Source of the DNA: the human T2T-CHM13v2.0 reference genome, Homo sapiens
Reading direction: 5' to 3' (one strand)
Assembly (NCBI RefSeq): GCF_009914755.1
Contig: NC_060925.1
Length of the DNA stretch: 64,000 nucleotides
In this document: positions 41,488 through 62,324 of the stretch, in pieces
Layout of the letters: each line of letters opens with the position of its first letter
How positions within the stretch are numbered: position 1 is the stretch's first letter
Position numbers and translations under genes: made by a program
The notes under the pieces: model-generated
What the model was told of the DNA's origin: nothing
Databases searched by the model: none
The model's input: the letters and a program-made list of their open reading frames with translations, nothing else

Positions 41488-42228
41488 CAGTATTTCCCCC
41501 TTTTATCTGCAGTTTCAAATACCTGTGGTCAATCGTAGTCTGAAAATATTAAATGGAAAATTCAAATGAACAATTCCTAAGTTGTAAATTGCATGCTGTT
41601 CTGGGTAAAGTGATAAAATCTCATATTGTCCTGCCTAAAGGTTGTGAATCAACCCTTTGTGCAGCATATCCATACTGTATACCCCAAGCTTGTCCAACCC
41701 ATGGCCCAGGGACACGTGTGGCCCAGGACAGCTTTGAATGCGGTCCAACACAAGTTTGTAAACTTTCTTAAAACATGATGAGATTTATACACAGACCTTT
41801 TCATTATTTATTTTTAGCTCATCAGCTATCGTAAGTGTATTTTATGTGTGACCCAAGACAATTCTTCTTCCAAGTGGCCCAGGGAAGCCAAAAGATTGGA
41901 CACCCCTGAGACTATCCAGTTGTTTGTCACTTAGTAGCTGTCTCAGTTACCAGATGAACTGTCGCAGTAATGCAATGCTTATATTCTCATTTTAGTTAAT
42001 GACCCCAAACGAAGTACAAGAGTAGTGCTGCTGGTATATTGTTATAATTGTTCTACTTTATTATTACTGTTGTTCATCTTTACTGTGCCTAATTTATAAA
42101 CTAAAGTTTATCATAGGTGTGTATGTATTAAAAAAACACAGTATATATAAGGTTTAGTACTATACAAGGTTTCAGGCATCCACTGGGGATCCTGGAAGAT
42201 ATCCCCCAAAGATAATGGGGGACTACTG
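41488..42228 (+). mobile_element. MER44B/C (Tigger family) with nested MER30 (~41685-41908, reverse)
   Basis: TA|CAGTATTTCCCCCTTTTATC ... GATAATGGGGGACTACTG|TA; CAAGCTTGTCCAACCC...GATTGGACACCCCTG insert. Confidence 0.82.
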
Positions 42229-42271
42229 TACAGTACCTAAAACCATTAAAGACTTAATTTGATTGTGTTCA

Positions 42272-43600
<1,329 letters not shown>

Positions 43601-44826
43601 ACTATCAGATCTGTACAACCAAGCAAGAAATCGAACAGGTTACGAGCATCAGCTGTTACATGGTCTTCAACAGCAGATATCACAGTAAAAACTTTATTTC
43701 TTGCTCACCCTCTTAACATTTAGAATATTGTAAAGTCACCAGAATAAAAGGTATTCTATGTCTTATCACGAGAATTAAATGAGAAGATGCACATACAGAA
43801 GGGCTAAGGGCTTTGTTTCCTGACAGAGGATAACAAAGGTTTTTCTTCAAATGATCACAAGAAGAGATTTAAATAAAACAACACACAGTAAATAAAGTAT
43901 GCTTTTATTCTCCAACTTTTCGCAAAAGGAATAGAAAACACTGACAAGATCAGCACTTTGAAAAGAACTTTTCAAAATATGCCAAAAAAAGTCAAAGATA
44001 CAGTGTATTCTTTCAAAACCACTTCTCCTTTAAAGTACTGAAAAATTTTACAGATAAATTTTAACCATAATTTCAAGACACAATACTTTGTGTTTCCTGC
44101 AGGGAAAAATTCATTTTTTATAGATGAATTCAGAGAAAACTATGCAGAAACACTAAAGTTTTAGGTTAATTATGAACATGGTGTGTGTTGGGGGTGGGGA
44201 GGGGTGTGTGTGTGTGATGATTTTACTGGTGCTCCAAACGAGCAGTTTTAGTAACTAAACTATCACAGTACTCTTAGCTCACTTAGTAAAGCCTTTTCCT
44301 TATAATTTACCTAGAAAGTTAAATTCCGTAGCTAGAAACCCTTTAATTACCAATCATCAGATATTAATGTCAGTTGGTATGTTAGGCATTAAACAATGAT
44401 CTTTCAGGGTTGTAGGTCCTCATTATCACCATCACCTTACATCTGCATCGTGGCAATTCATAATAACTCCTCTGGCTCAGGTGAGATATATTATCGCCAT
44501 TTCACAGATGAAGAAAATCACGAGTGACTTACACCAGATCACACGGGTAGTAGGTGGGAAGTAGGTAAACACTGATGCAAATCCAGTTTGTACTTCACTT
44601 CTGCACAAAGGTATCCATGAAAAATGCAAAGTGGGGAATCAACTGATCAACTGATAATCAAAACGAAGCAGATACTACCTGCAGCAGTGGAAAAGGTCTA
44701 TTTTCCAATACTGTGGCATTCTATTCCGCCGCCCCGGTTCCAAAGGCTTCTAAAGACAACAACCTATCCGGCCCACTGCGGCCCGTGAGGCTGTTGGTTG
44801 CCAGACCCAACCAGGGAGATCACTTA

Positions 44827-45101
<275 letters not shown>

Positions 45102-45949
45102 ATGGCGCGCGATGATGACGTCAAACGCAATGGCTCCCGCGGGTTGTGGTCGGAGCGCTGGCGGGGGCGTGATCGTGACGTTAAGGGCGGTGCCCAGTCA
45201 GCGAGGTAGGTCGGGAAGGCAGCCGGCGGCCCCAGATCTAGAACCGCTGCAGTGCCGAGCTTCCAGGGACGTGAAGCCGGAAAGCCAGGCGCCCTTCTTG
45301 ACTGCGCCTAGGTGGAACTGGCCCTCCAGCAGCTTGAACGTAGCCTCTTTTCACACTGGTAGTTCCTGAACCTCTTGTGAAATGAAAGATGTTCCTCATT
45401 CCAAGCTGAGGACGGAGAAAAGCCGTAAAGCTGACACTGGTATCGCACTGTGATATTTGTTGTTTTCTAGGTTTGCCATTTTCCCATTCAACTTTGCGCA
45501 GTCTCATCCACGCTGATGACGCCACAAATCCGTGTCTCTAACCTGGATCCAGCTCAAAACCCCCAGACCCCTATCATTCAGCTCCCTAGGGGACAATTTC
45601 AGCTGGAAGTCCTGCGAACTCCTCACAATCCACTTATGAAAAGCGCATTCATGTTTTCCTTTAGGACCCCTCTCCTACCACCATCTCTGTTCCAGCTTGG
45701 TAAAACTGGCCAGTTGTCCAAGGCAAAGAGAAGAGCTCTATCTGCAGTCATCCCTCACACCTACCTCCACCCTAAGATCATGGTATACGTTGTAAGGTCC
45801 TACGTGTCTGTACTAGATCACACATTTGCACTGCCTCTGCCCTGGTTCTGGTACTTACCTTTCCCTCAACCACTGCGTAGCCTCTTCTGCCAGCGGGAGG
45901 GAGTAGGGAAGATGGGGAGAGGGTTCCTTACCTGTGTCTAGTCTTCCTC

Positions 45950-47360
45950 CACTCTATCTTCTCACTGCCAACACAATGAATTAAGGCAAACGTAATGCTG
46001 CTCTTGGGCCTGTAAATGCTTCAGTGGCTGACCATTGCCAGTAGGTTATTTGCTAAGCTCCTTTGCAAGGTCCTATGTGATCTAAGTCAGGTTGGCTTTT
46101 CCGTCCGTGTTGTACTTCCAGCACTTCCCACTTGCACTCCACATTCCGAGAACTTAAAAACCCAAATCTCCCTCCAGTGCCCATGTCCATGTTTCTCTCA
46201 CCTGGAATGCACTCCCTGCCTTGTTGGTCCAGAAGGCGCCTACCTTCCGCATCAAGTTAGTTCTGTGCTGCCTTCTCAGTGAAACCTTCCACAGGATTAG
46301 GTCCCCCTTATCCTTTGTCCTCTCTGCTCCTGTGTGTAGACTGTATTTTTATCCTGCATAATAGTTTGTTTTCATAATTGTCTGTCAAGTACTTCCTTTT
46401 AAATGTCTTGACAGCAAGAGCAGTGACTTTGTTACCTTTGTGGCACACAGTAACAGACACATAGTAGACTTTCATTCAACGTGTGTTGAAATAAGGGAAT
46501 GGTTAAGTAAACATTGACGTATTCACATGTGGGAGACCACAGTGTGGGTGTCAGTTGTTGACATTCCCCTGGGAAGCCAGTCATCTATCTATGCACCAGT
46601 GGCATCTGAGCAGTCATCTTGCCAAGGTTACATAGGCTAGCTGCTTTACTCCTTCTCCCACCTGGGTGTCTAACCCAACTTGGCAGCTTGTTGAGTCTTA
46701 TAGCTCTGAGAGCCCAGTGCATTTCCTCCCTGTTTCATTCTTACAAGGAGGGGTGTGAAATAGGCAATAGAGAGTATTAATAGTTGTGTCTGAGAGGATT
46801 GGTGGGATCAATTTTATTCTTGTGCTTTGTTGGACTGGTTAGTGGTTTCCCCAGCATCCTAATGTAAAAGCTGTTGTTTGCAGGAGCTAGAATGACTTGT
46901 CAGCCACCTTTGAGCAAGAACTTGCCTGGAGTCCAAATGTATGGCTATTGAAGGATAGTAAGCAGACAGCACTAAAAGTCATCCATTCGTTATGGATTTA
47001 GTGAGTACCTACCATGTGCCAGGCTATGTGATAATTGCTAAGGCTTATAACTAAACAAAGCCCATGGGTCCTACCCTCATGGAGATTACAGACCAATGAG
47101 AAAGACAGACACTGAAAAAATGAACACAAATATCCAGCTACAAGCTGAGATGTGTACTATGAAATAAAAGAGCAAAGTGTATGAGAGAGAATCACTGGGG
47201 CTACCTATTTTTGCATGGAGGTCTATAAAGGTCTCTGGGAGAAAAGGACGTTTAACCTGAGACATGAAGCATAAGAGAATAGGAGGAAGAATGTTTCAGG
47301 CAGAGGATCCTTGGCCAAAGGTCCTGAAGCAGCAAAGGACTTGGTGCATTCTAGGAACTT
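45950..47360. mobile_element. Degenerate L2 fragments (+ ~45950-46500; - ~46980-47360)
   Basis: GTGAGTACCTACCATGTGCCAGGC..., CCTACCCTCATGGAG; TGTGTTGAAAT terminus. Confidence 0.55.
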
Positions 47361-47832
47361 TATTTATTCTTATTTTACTTTATGATTTTTCTAGAGATTG
47401 GGTCTTACTCTGTTGCTCAGGCTGGAGTGCAGTGGCGTGATCAAAGCTCACCACATCCTTAACCTTCTGGGCTTCAGTGATCCTCCTGCCTCAGCCTCTG
47501 AGTTGGGACCATGGGCATGTACCACCACACCTGCCTATTTTTTATTTATATATATATTTTTAGAAATGGGGTCTCACGGCCAGGCATAGTGGCTCACGTC
47601 TCTAATCCCGGCACCTTGCAAGGCTAAGGTGTGGGAGGATGGCTTGAGGCTAGTAGTTCAAGACCAGCCCCTGGGCAACATAGCAAGACCCTGTCTCCCC
47701 AAGAAATTTTATTTTAAATTCTAAAAAAAATACAATTAAAAAATGGGGTCTTGCTATATTTCCCAGGCTGGTCTCAAACTCCGGGTCTTAAGTGATCCTC
47801 AAGCCTCAGCCTTCTGAGTAGCTGGGATTAGA
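47360..47832 (-). mobile_element. AluJ-like (-) interrupted by a plus-strand Alu monomer (47578-47730)
   Basis: TSD AAATGGGGTCT flanks the insert. Confidence 0.82.
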
Positions 47833-47871
47833 GCCAGAGACTTTAAACAAACAAATCAACCTGAAAGACTA

Positions 47872-48983
<1,112 letters not shown>

Positions 48984-49033
48984 TCATAGAGAAAACAGAT
49001 GGTACCCTCAGGCTAGGTAGTTAAAAGAATTTA

Positions 49034-49942
<909 letters not shown>

Positions 49943-50369
49943 AATAGTAGCAGTTCATATTGAAAAGGCTATGGGGAAACAAGCACTGCTTACATATCTA
50001 TCTGGTGGGACTGTAAAAGTACAATCTTTTAAGAGGACAATTTCTATTAAAAAGCCTTATAATTACTTGGCAATTTCACCTTAGAAATTTATGTGAAAAA
50101 GTCAAATAACAAAGACAGTATTGTTTATAATAGTGAAGGAGGTAGAAAGTAACATAGATGGCCAACTATAGATTTATAGTGCATCCACATTATGGAAAAC
50201 CGAAAAAAAATACAAAGGTCCTGAGTCTGAAAAAAAAAGCATTATGAAAAGCTATATTTAAAAGAATACATATGGATGTGAGTAATGAACACTTAACAAT
50301 GTAGGAAAATATTCATGCAAATTTTCTAAAAAGCAGTTTGGTTAAAAATAGTATGTGCAGAGAATTAGG

Positions 50370-50612
50370 TCAAAGTTGCAGTTACGTAAGATGCGGAAGT
50401 CTAGAGATCTAATGTACAGCATAAGGATTATAGTTAACAACATTGTATTATATCCTGAAAATTTGCTGAGAGGAGATTTTATAGACTCTTTCCTCAAAAA
50501 AACCGAAAAAAGGTAACTATGGAAGATGAAGGATAGGATAATTTGCTTGACTGTAGTTTACTGTGCATATACATATCAACATCATGTACACCTTAAATAT
50601 ATAGAATAAAAA
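50370..50612 (+). mobile_element. L1MB-type 3' end
   Basis: AAGTCTAGAGATCTAATGTACAGCAT...GTACACCTTAAATATATA. Confidence 0.75.
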
Positions 50613-50625
50613 ATAGTGTGTGCAG

Positions 50626-51097
50626 TGATACGGTTCAGGACCTACCACCCCAAAATGTGGCACCTTGGCATTTGAGAACACAGTAGAAGCAGGAAGATCA
50701 TTCTCTGACCTTCTTCCACCCTTCTCCCCTAAAACAGGTCTTAAGACCCTCATTTGAGAGATGCCTTCCCTGTACCTGGAGGAAAGAAACATCTTTATCT
50801 CTGAAGACACAGGGCCACAGAGAAGAGTCTGAACAAACAGGCTTTACCAATTTCCCCCAGTTGTTACCGTTAGATCAGACCTTTGTCCAGTCATATCCTT
50901 CCACAAGTTGTCCACTCATCAACCCTAAGCATAAAAATGCACAAGTTTCCTTGTTTGTTTGGGTCTTCATTTCCAAGGGCTCCTATGTCATGTTAAACTT
51001 TTAAATAAATTTGCATGCTTTTCTCTTGTGAATCTGGTTTTTGTTATAAGGGCCTTAGCCATGAACCTAAGATGGTAAGGGTTTCTTTTCCCCTACA
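50626..51097 (+). mobile_element. Solo ERV1-class LTR (MER39/MER34-like)
   Basis: TG...CA ends; CTACCACCCCAAAATGTGGCACCTTGGCAT; AATAAA; TTTTCCCCTACA. Confidence 0.7.
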
Positions 51098-51569
51098 TGC
51101 AATATAAGTGGATTTAAATTTTATTAAAATAAATAGAAAAATACCTCCCCAGTGTAGACATGTGTGTATGTGTGAGGCGCCCAGGCAACTTGTGGTTCCA
51201 CTTGGAGACGAGCCTCTCCTCTGTACGTCCTTCCCAAAATATCACCTTTGCAGTTAAGATCAAACTTTGATTTATGTGGGACTAACTAACAACTGCAGTC
51301 GACAATAGGAAAGCAGCCAGAATGATTCCCTGCCGACGTGGTGGAATTATTAGACTCCCATTCTCACAGCATGGTAATTAAAGTGTTAAAATGGAGAGGC
51401 ACAGGACCAAGGAAGAACGCATCCAGAAATTACCCGCACCCAGTCATTTTCAGGGCACTCATCTAATCCTGTCAATGGAACTTTTTGAGATGGCTCTAAA
51501 TTTCAGTGTGGTTTAGAAGTCCTTCAAGTAGTACGGAATTTTTTCACTGTCTCTGTCATCAGTGAGATT

Positions 51570-51815
51570 TCTGTCAGGCATCTCAGCTTGTAGGCCATGT
51601 AGTCTGTCACAACTCCTCCCCCTTGTGGCTGTAGGGTGAAAGCAGCCGCAGACAATTCCTAGAAGGAGTAGGCTGTTTATGGACACTGAAATTTGAATTT
51701 CATGTATTTTTAATGTGTCATGAGATATTCTCTCGATTTTTTTCCAACAATTTAAAACTGTAAAAACTATCCTTAGCCTGCAGGCTATACAAAAACAGCT
51801 GTTTGCCAATCCTTG
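51570..51815. mobile_element. MER58B-like fragment
   Basis: GAAATTTGAATTTCATG...TTTGCCAATCCTTG end. Confidence 0.65.
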
Positions 51816-51974
51816 CACTAGCTTTGTGAGGGAGGCACAGCTCGCACCCAGCACAGGACCTAGCAAAATCGAAGATGCTCAGTAAATGTTTATTGAATGA
51901 ATTCAGTGGACAGATGACCAGAAAAACCCCATGATGCCTCAGAAATACACTCCAAAGGAACTTTTACAATGTAG

Positions 51975-52539
<565 letters not shown>

Positions 52540-53314
52540 GATGGATTCCCAAAATGGAGCCCTACTTTTATAAGAATGCATTTACAAGGGTTCGACCTAC
52601 AATGGTTTAACTTGTGATTATTCTTCGGGAACCTGTCAGGCCCAGGGTCAGGGGAGACCTTGAACATACAGACAAGCCTGGGACGGTATATAACAAAATG
52701 CTGAGCTCAACAATGCGAAAATTTTCTTTTGAGTTTCTTCTTGCCTGAAACTGTGTATGTCATTAATGCTGAATTAATTCACAACTTGCCTACGCTTATT
52801 TCCTCCTCTGTGAAATGGGGAAGATAAATATTTGTCTAAATTACAGGCTTGTCAAAGTATCAAATGTAACATGCAAACACTCTGGAAACAAAAAAGTGAT
52901 ACCAGAACACAGTGTTACAACTACACCTCTTTATGATCCCTAGCTGCATTCTTGTTATTAATTTTCCCCTGCCTTCCCACTCCTTCAAAACTAGAAGCTC
53001 CTTGAGGGCAGAAACTGTGGCTTACTCATCTATCAACTTCACAGCACAGTTCCTTGTCCCTGATGTAGGTAGGAGATACTTATTTACTGCAGTGAAACAA
53101 TTAAACAATATTTGTAAGTAGCAAACAAGTGATGACATTCAACAAACTTGGTAAGGAGGAATGAATGGAACTTTTAATTACAACATGTTTTTGGATATGT
53201 GTAATGTTAGTCTTTTCTTTATTCCTGAATCTCCACAGCCAAATTCTACTAAGAAACAATGTAGTGAGAAGTTTTATAAGAAATGACAGACTGCATCTTT
53301 GGTTCCTGGGTCAT

Positions 53315-53364
53315 AAAAAAAAAAAAAGTGACAGACACAGATAAAGTTCACTATAAATTTTAAT
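53315..53364 (-). terminator. ABCB10 polyadenylation site
   Basis: Minus-strand ATTAAA at 53364-53359, then ~20 nt later CTGTGTCTGTCAC plus a poly-T downstream element. Confidence 0.75.
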
Positions 53365-54938
53365 CTATGATATAAAATATTACCTAAAGATAAAATTGAA
53401 CATCATGTATCAGAAAATAAAACATAACAATGAAATGCAATTTCGTAAATACTTCTATGGCACAAGGATTATTTTCCTCAGATTCAACCTTGTAATTGTG
53501 TTGTTTGCTTTCTGAAAATCACACTTTATAAAGAACACAAGTAGAGCTTGTTAAAAATGATTGTCACAGATGTACTGTTTACTAATTCAAAGAACACTAC
53601 ATTCATTCATATCAATTTTATTCATTAATTATGAACAATAAAATATAATATTCCATGCTTTTCATGAAATAGTGGTTTCTTCTTCCAGTCTAATCAGGGA
53701 ACTAATAAATTCTTAGTTCATGGGAAAACTTCCATTTGATTTACATTGACTTAATTACTTCTTAGGGTCTAGCCTCATCCATGGAGAAAAAGCACTTTTT
53801 CTTGAGGCAACAGCAAATTAACAGCACTGATACAAAATATGGCAAATTCAATGGTTGTAGCATTGCTTTAGGAATTTTGAGACTATAAATAAAACTATAA
53901 CCATAAATAAAAGGGCTTATTAATATCTTCTTTTCAGGAGAGTGATACATTCTGAAGTTTTCTTGTTATTCTGTTGAATAGCAAGGACTTCCAAACTTAA
54001 ATGTCTTAAGGCTGAAAATTAGTTATATTCCTCAAATTTTAGCCTTATTAATGAAATTCCAAAAGTATTATAAAATAAGATTCAATTTGTCTTGAAATTA
54101 TAAATTTGTAACAGATATTTTTCAAAATACATGCCTTCAAACAACTTAAATGCAAAAATCATTCATTCTTAATAATACCTAGCAGTTCATGCCTTGCTTC
54201 GCAAAAGTACTCATACAAACATGTGAATTTAAAAAACATGTTTTCCTGTTCAAAAAATAAAGCTTCTGCCCTTTTAAAAACTTGTCAGGCTTTCATGTGC
54301 CAAAATGTTGAAAACTGCACATATTCAAACATAGTTCCCATAGGAACACATATTCCTCAGCTCTCACACCTTTGAAGACACAGGAGATGGGCAATATAAA
54401 TGTTCCCTTCTTTCCAGCTGATGTTAAATAGTTAGGTTTGCTTCATGAGATTATCGGAATAAAGGGTTAAATTTTCAATTTCCATTATTCTATCTGTAAA
54501 ATTAGACTTAAAAGTAGGTAGAATACTACCAGAAGAATTACACAGTGATTGGTAAACTGGCCTAAAATAATCAGGCTTTTTATTTATAATTGCCTTTTTA
54601 AAGTTGTCATTTGACAATAGCTTCAATCTTTAACAGCAGGCAAAAGAAAATGAGGTGCCATGCTATATTAATTAAAATATTCCACAAGAAAAGAAAATAC
54701 AAAACCTGAAAATAACTTCAGTGCTATAGACATTTAAAAAGTTACAATTATTAAAACTCTGAATAAAAAGATCTTGAGAACAGGTACGTTTCAAAACAAT
54801 CTTTTACACACTTTGGAAAAAAATAGGTATTTTTCAAATAACTTGATATATGGTTTATGTATTTCATAGTCTCTGAGTTTTTTTTCTGCAACACTGTTTT
54901 GCATTAAAGTCTCATATTGTTTACCAGTAATTGCTTCC
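53340..54938 (-). other. ABCB10: ABCB10 3'UTR (~1.6 kb, AU-rich, no Alu)
   Basis: Follows the stop codon; ends at an ATTAAA signal with a GU/U-rich downstream element. Confidence 0.75.
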
Positions 54939-55170
54939 TTATGCTGAAATAAAACTTTGTTTGTTCATTAGTTTTCTGTATATCCCATTTGGTTTTGAAA
55001 GCAGCTCTTCATGTTTTCCATATTCAGTAATTTTTCCTTGGTCAAGAACAGCAACCATATTAGCATTCTTAATGGTGGACAGACGATGGGCAATAACTAA
55101 CACCGTTCTTCCATCCATCAGTCGATCTAGAGCTTCTTGAACAAGGTACTCATTTTCGGCATCCAGCGCA
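54939..55170 (-). CDS. ABCB10: ABCB10 terminal coding exon 13 (232 nt including TAA)
   Basis: GTCAG|; (S)[37 protein letters not shown]...KQSFISA*; D-loop and H-loop motifs. Confidence 0.97.
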
Positions 55171-55600
55171 CTGACACAGGAGCACACACACAAGAAAGCA
55201 AAGACGTCAGTGACACCCATGTGCTTCCTGATACACACAGCAGCCCTTCCTGAGCAATGAATTTTTACCATGATCAAAATTTCAACTGTTTAGGACTTTC
55301 TGATCTCCATAAAACTATACTGTGATGTAAGGAGAAAAGCATTCTGCACAGTTACAGCTTACAGAGTGATTAGGATTGATGGCAACCATGTCTGAAGTGG
55401 ACCTAGAACTCTCAACTAGGACTCAGTCTGCCCACTGGTTTTCAACTGTCATTATTAATTCAGCTTCCCTCACTTTAGAGTAAAGGGGGGAAAAAGGATT
55501 TTCAGTTGTATCACTTTGAGGTACAGAATTAAAAGTGTTTTGGTGAAGGAAGAATTTGGTTTAATACACACAATGGCATATATTATTAAGATATCCTCAC

Positions 55601-55635
55601 CTGGTTGCTTCATCTAGGAGAAGAATTTTGGGATT
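55601..55635 (-). CDS. ABCB10: ABCB10 exon 12 (35 nt), Walker B
   Basis: TTCAG|; NPKILLLDEATS; CAG|GTGAGG. Confidence 0.95.
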
Positions 55636-55689
55636 CTGAAGAAGGAAAAAAAAGGAAAAGATAAAATAATTTTATTGGAAAAATACAAA

Positions 55690-56055
55690 CTCTCAGCAAT
55701 AAAAAAGGAATAAAATTCTGACACATGCTACAATGTGGATGAGCCTTGGAAACTTATGCTAAGTGAAAGAAGCCAGACACAAAGAATCACATACTGTATG
55801 AGTTCACTTATATGAAATGTCCACAACAGGCACTTCTACAGATGGTGGATATCTGGGGCTGGGTTCAATGCAGGAAATAAGGAAGGGGAGTTGCATGGCT
55901 GCTAAAGAGTAGAGGGTCCCTGGGGGGGTGATGAAAATGTTTTCTAAAATTGTGATGATGGATGCACAACACTGAATACACTAAAAACCAATGAATTTAT
56001 TTTTTAAATGGGCAAATTATGTAGTATGTGAATTATATCTCAAAGCTGTTACAAA
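55690..56055 (+). mobile_element. L1MB-type 3' end
   Basis: CTCAGCAATAAAAAAGGAAT..ACATGCTACAATGTGGATGAGCCTTG...GTGAATTATATCTCAA. Confidence 0.8.
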
Positions 56056-56126
56056 AAAACCCCACAAATTACTAAGTGTCTGGGATAAGTACATAAATGA
56101 AAGAATTAGAGACTATTTTAAATGAT

Positions 56127-56230
56127 CATCAGAGTAATCACTAGACCAGGTATCGTTCATAGCACAGTTTTATCCTGCCATCAGAGTAATCACTAGACCG
56201 GGTATCCTTTATAGCACAGTTTTATCCTGC
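56127..56230. repeat. 52-bp tandem duplication (2 copies, 3 mismatches)
   Basis: CATCAGAGTAATCACTAGACCRGGTATCSTTYATAGCACAGTTTTATCCTGC x2. Confidence 0.95.
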
Positions 56231-56265
56231 TGGTCAGTGAGATGAGAATCTAAAATGAGTAAGAT

Positions 56266-57260
<995 letters not shown>

Positions 57261-57339
57261 GCTAACACATGAGACCAAAAAAAAAAAAAAGAGACTAATC
57301 TGATGTAGATAAAACATTACAAGTCCAGCTTTGCAAATG

Positions 57340-57830
57340 AAAACACACACCCTCACAAAAAGGTAGCTACTATTCTTTATATATTATTCACAATAGCCCC
57401 AAACTGGAAATGACCCAAGCGTTTATCAGCTGGTGAACAGATCAACAAATAGGGATCCATCCATACTACTTAACAGTAGAAGGGAATAAAGTACTGATAC
57501 AAACTACAAATTGGAGAAATCTCAAAAACACTCCACCTGTACTAAGTGAAAGAAGCTAGATGCCAAAAACCATATATTGTCTGATTCCATTTATCTGAAA
57601 TGTCTGGAAAAGCAAATCTAGACAGACAGAAAGTAGATTCGTGGCATCCTGGGGCCGGAAACAAGGAACGACTGACTGCAAGTGGGCACAAGAGATCTTT
57701 TTAGGGTGACAGAAATGTTCTGAAACTGGACTTTGTGTGCAACCAACTCCGCAAATTTACTAAAAGTCACTGGAAAGTACATTTAAAATAAATGAATTTT
57801 ATATATGTAAATTCTGCTTCAGTAAAGCTG
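57340..57830 (+). mobile_element. L1ME/MB-type 3' region
   Basis: TTATTCACAATAGCCCCAAACTGGAAA...CTAAGTGAAAGAAGCTAG...GATTCCATTTATCTGAAATGTC. Confidence 0.78.
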
Positions 57831-58354
57831 CTTTTTTTTTTTAATCACCTATAAGCCTGAGAAGAACAGTTGTATAACAAAGGGAAGGCTATTGCTTCCT
57901 TAAAAAGAGAATGCCCGCCTTTCAGCTAAAATGGCTCTTCCCTTTCCTTCTAGGAATCTTGTCTAAGTACTTCAAGTCTGTACTATTCACTTTAGCAGCT
58001 GATTACAGATTGTACAAATATGCATACTTACGCTGTTTTATATTTTGCATTAATAATCACTGTTTCACTGGCTAGACTGTATGCTTCTTGATGGAGGGTC
58101 CATGTGTTAAATTCTTCTACCTCCAACAACCTTAGCACAGTACTGAGCTCATGATACCTAAGAAATACTTGTTAAATTTGGACAATATACTACACTAACT
58201 TACCTTTCACCAGAACTGTCACCCTCCCCCTCCAAGAAAAAAAAACAAACAAAAAACAGGAAAAGGAAGAAGACAAATAGTAAATTACAAATTACAAGGT
58301 CCCTAATAAAAATAATCCCTAATTTAAAAAACATCCAAGTCGCTTCAGGCTTAC

Positions 58355-58398
58355 CTTTAGCAGAGCACGGGCAATCGCAATCCGCTGTTTCTGCCCAC
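58355..58398 (-). CDS. ABCB10: ABCB10 exon 11 (44 nt), ABC signature motif
   Basis: GTCAG|; GGQKQRIAIARALLK; AAG|GTAAGC. Confidence 0.95.
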
Positions 58399-58591
58399 CT
58401 GACAAAGACAACATTTAAAAAAAGAAGGCCTCAACAAAAAATCTTAGTAATAGGCTTTTATGATAAACCATATAGCAATTTGAAGGCAAGCTTCTTCTAG
58501 TTAGTCATAGCTGACACAGATAGACCAGAAACCTATTTTAAAATATAGGTTTAAAATATATCAATCCCAAAATTAATAATTATTATCATAG

Positions 58592-61984
<3,393 letters not shown>

Positions 61985-62110
61985 TAGGGAGTAAATAATT
62001 CTTTCAATTTCAGCTTTGTTCCTGATGCACATTCCCTGACTCCCTGGGCAAATCATCCTGCCACTTCTTATTTTCTTTAATTTTTGAGGGTCTCAGGTTG
62101 CAAAGCACAT

Positions 62111-62135
62111 TTGTTGTTGTTGTTGTTGTTGTTGT
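62111..62135. repeat. (TTG)8 microsatellite
   Basis: Direct reading. Confidence 0.95.
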
Positions 62136-62324
62136 TTTTCAGATGAAAAAAAGCTTGCTGTGGCTGAGTACTACTCAGAATTTTTGGAACACATATGGGG
62201 TAGAAAGTGAAAGAAAACACTGGGGAATTTTCCACATATAAGAGAGCAAGTGGTAAGGCTAATTTCAAAAACTCTAAAGATGAAAACCTAATTAGAAAAT
62301 AATACTGCAATATAGAAACATGTG

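Noticed and set aside
52644-52661. GGTCAggggAGACC resembling an oestrogen response element
   Set aside because: Spacer is 4 nt and the second half-site is mismatched
55171-55277. N-terminal extension of the ORF over the last ABCB10 exon
   Set aside because: Intronic sequence upstream of the acceptor; no promoter evidence
56202-56210. Perfect U12-type donor GTATCCTTT
   Set aside because: On the + strand, antisense to ABCB10, present in only one copy of a tandem duplication, and no partner branch site or exon seen
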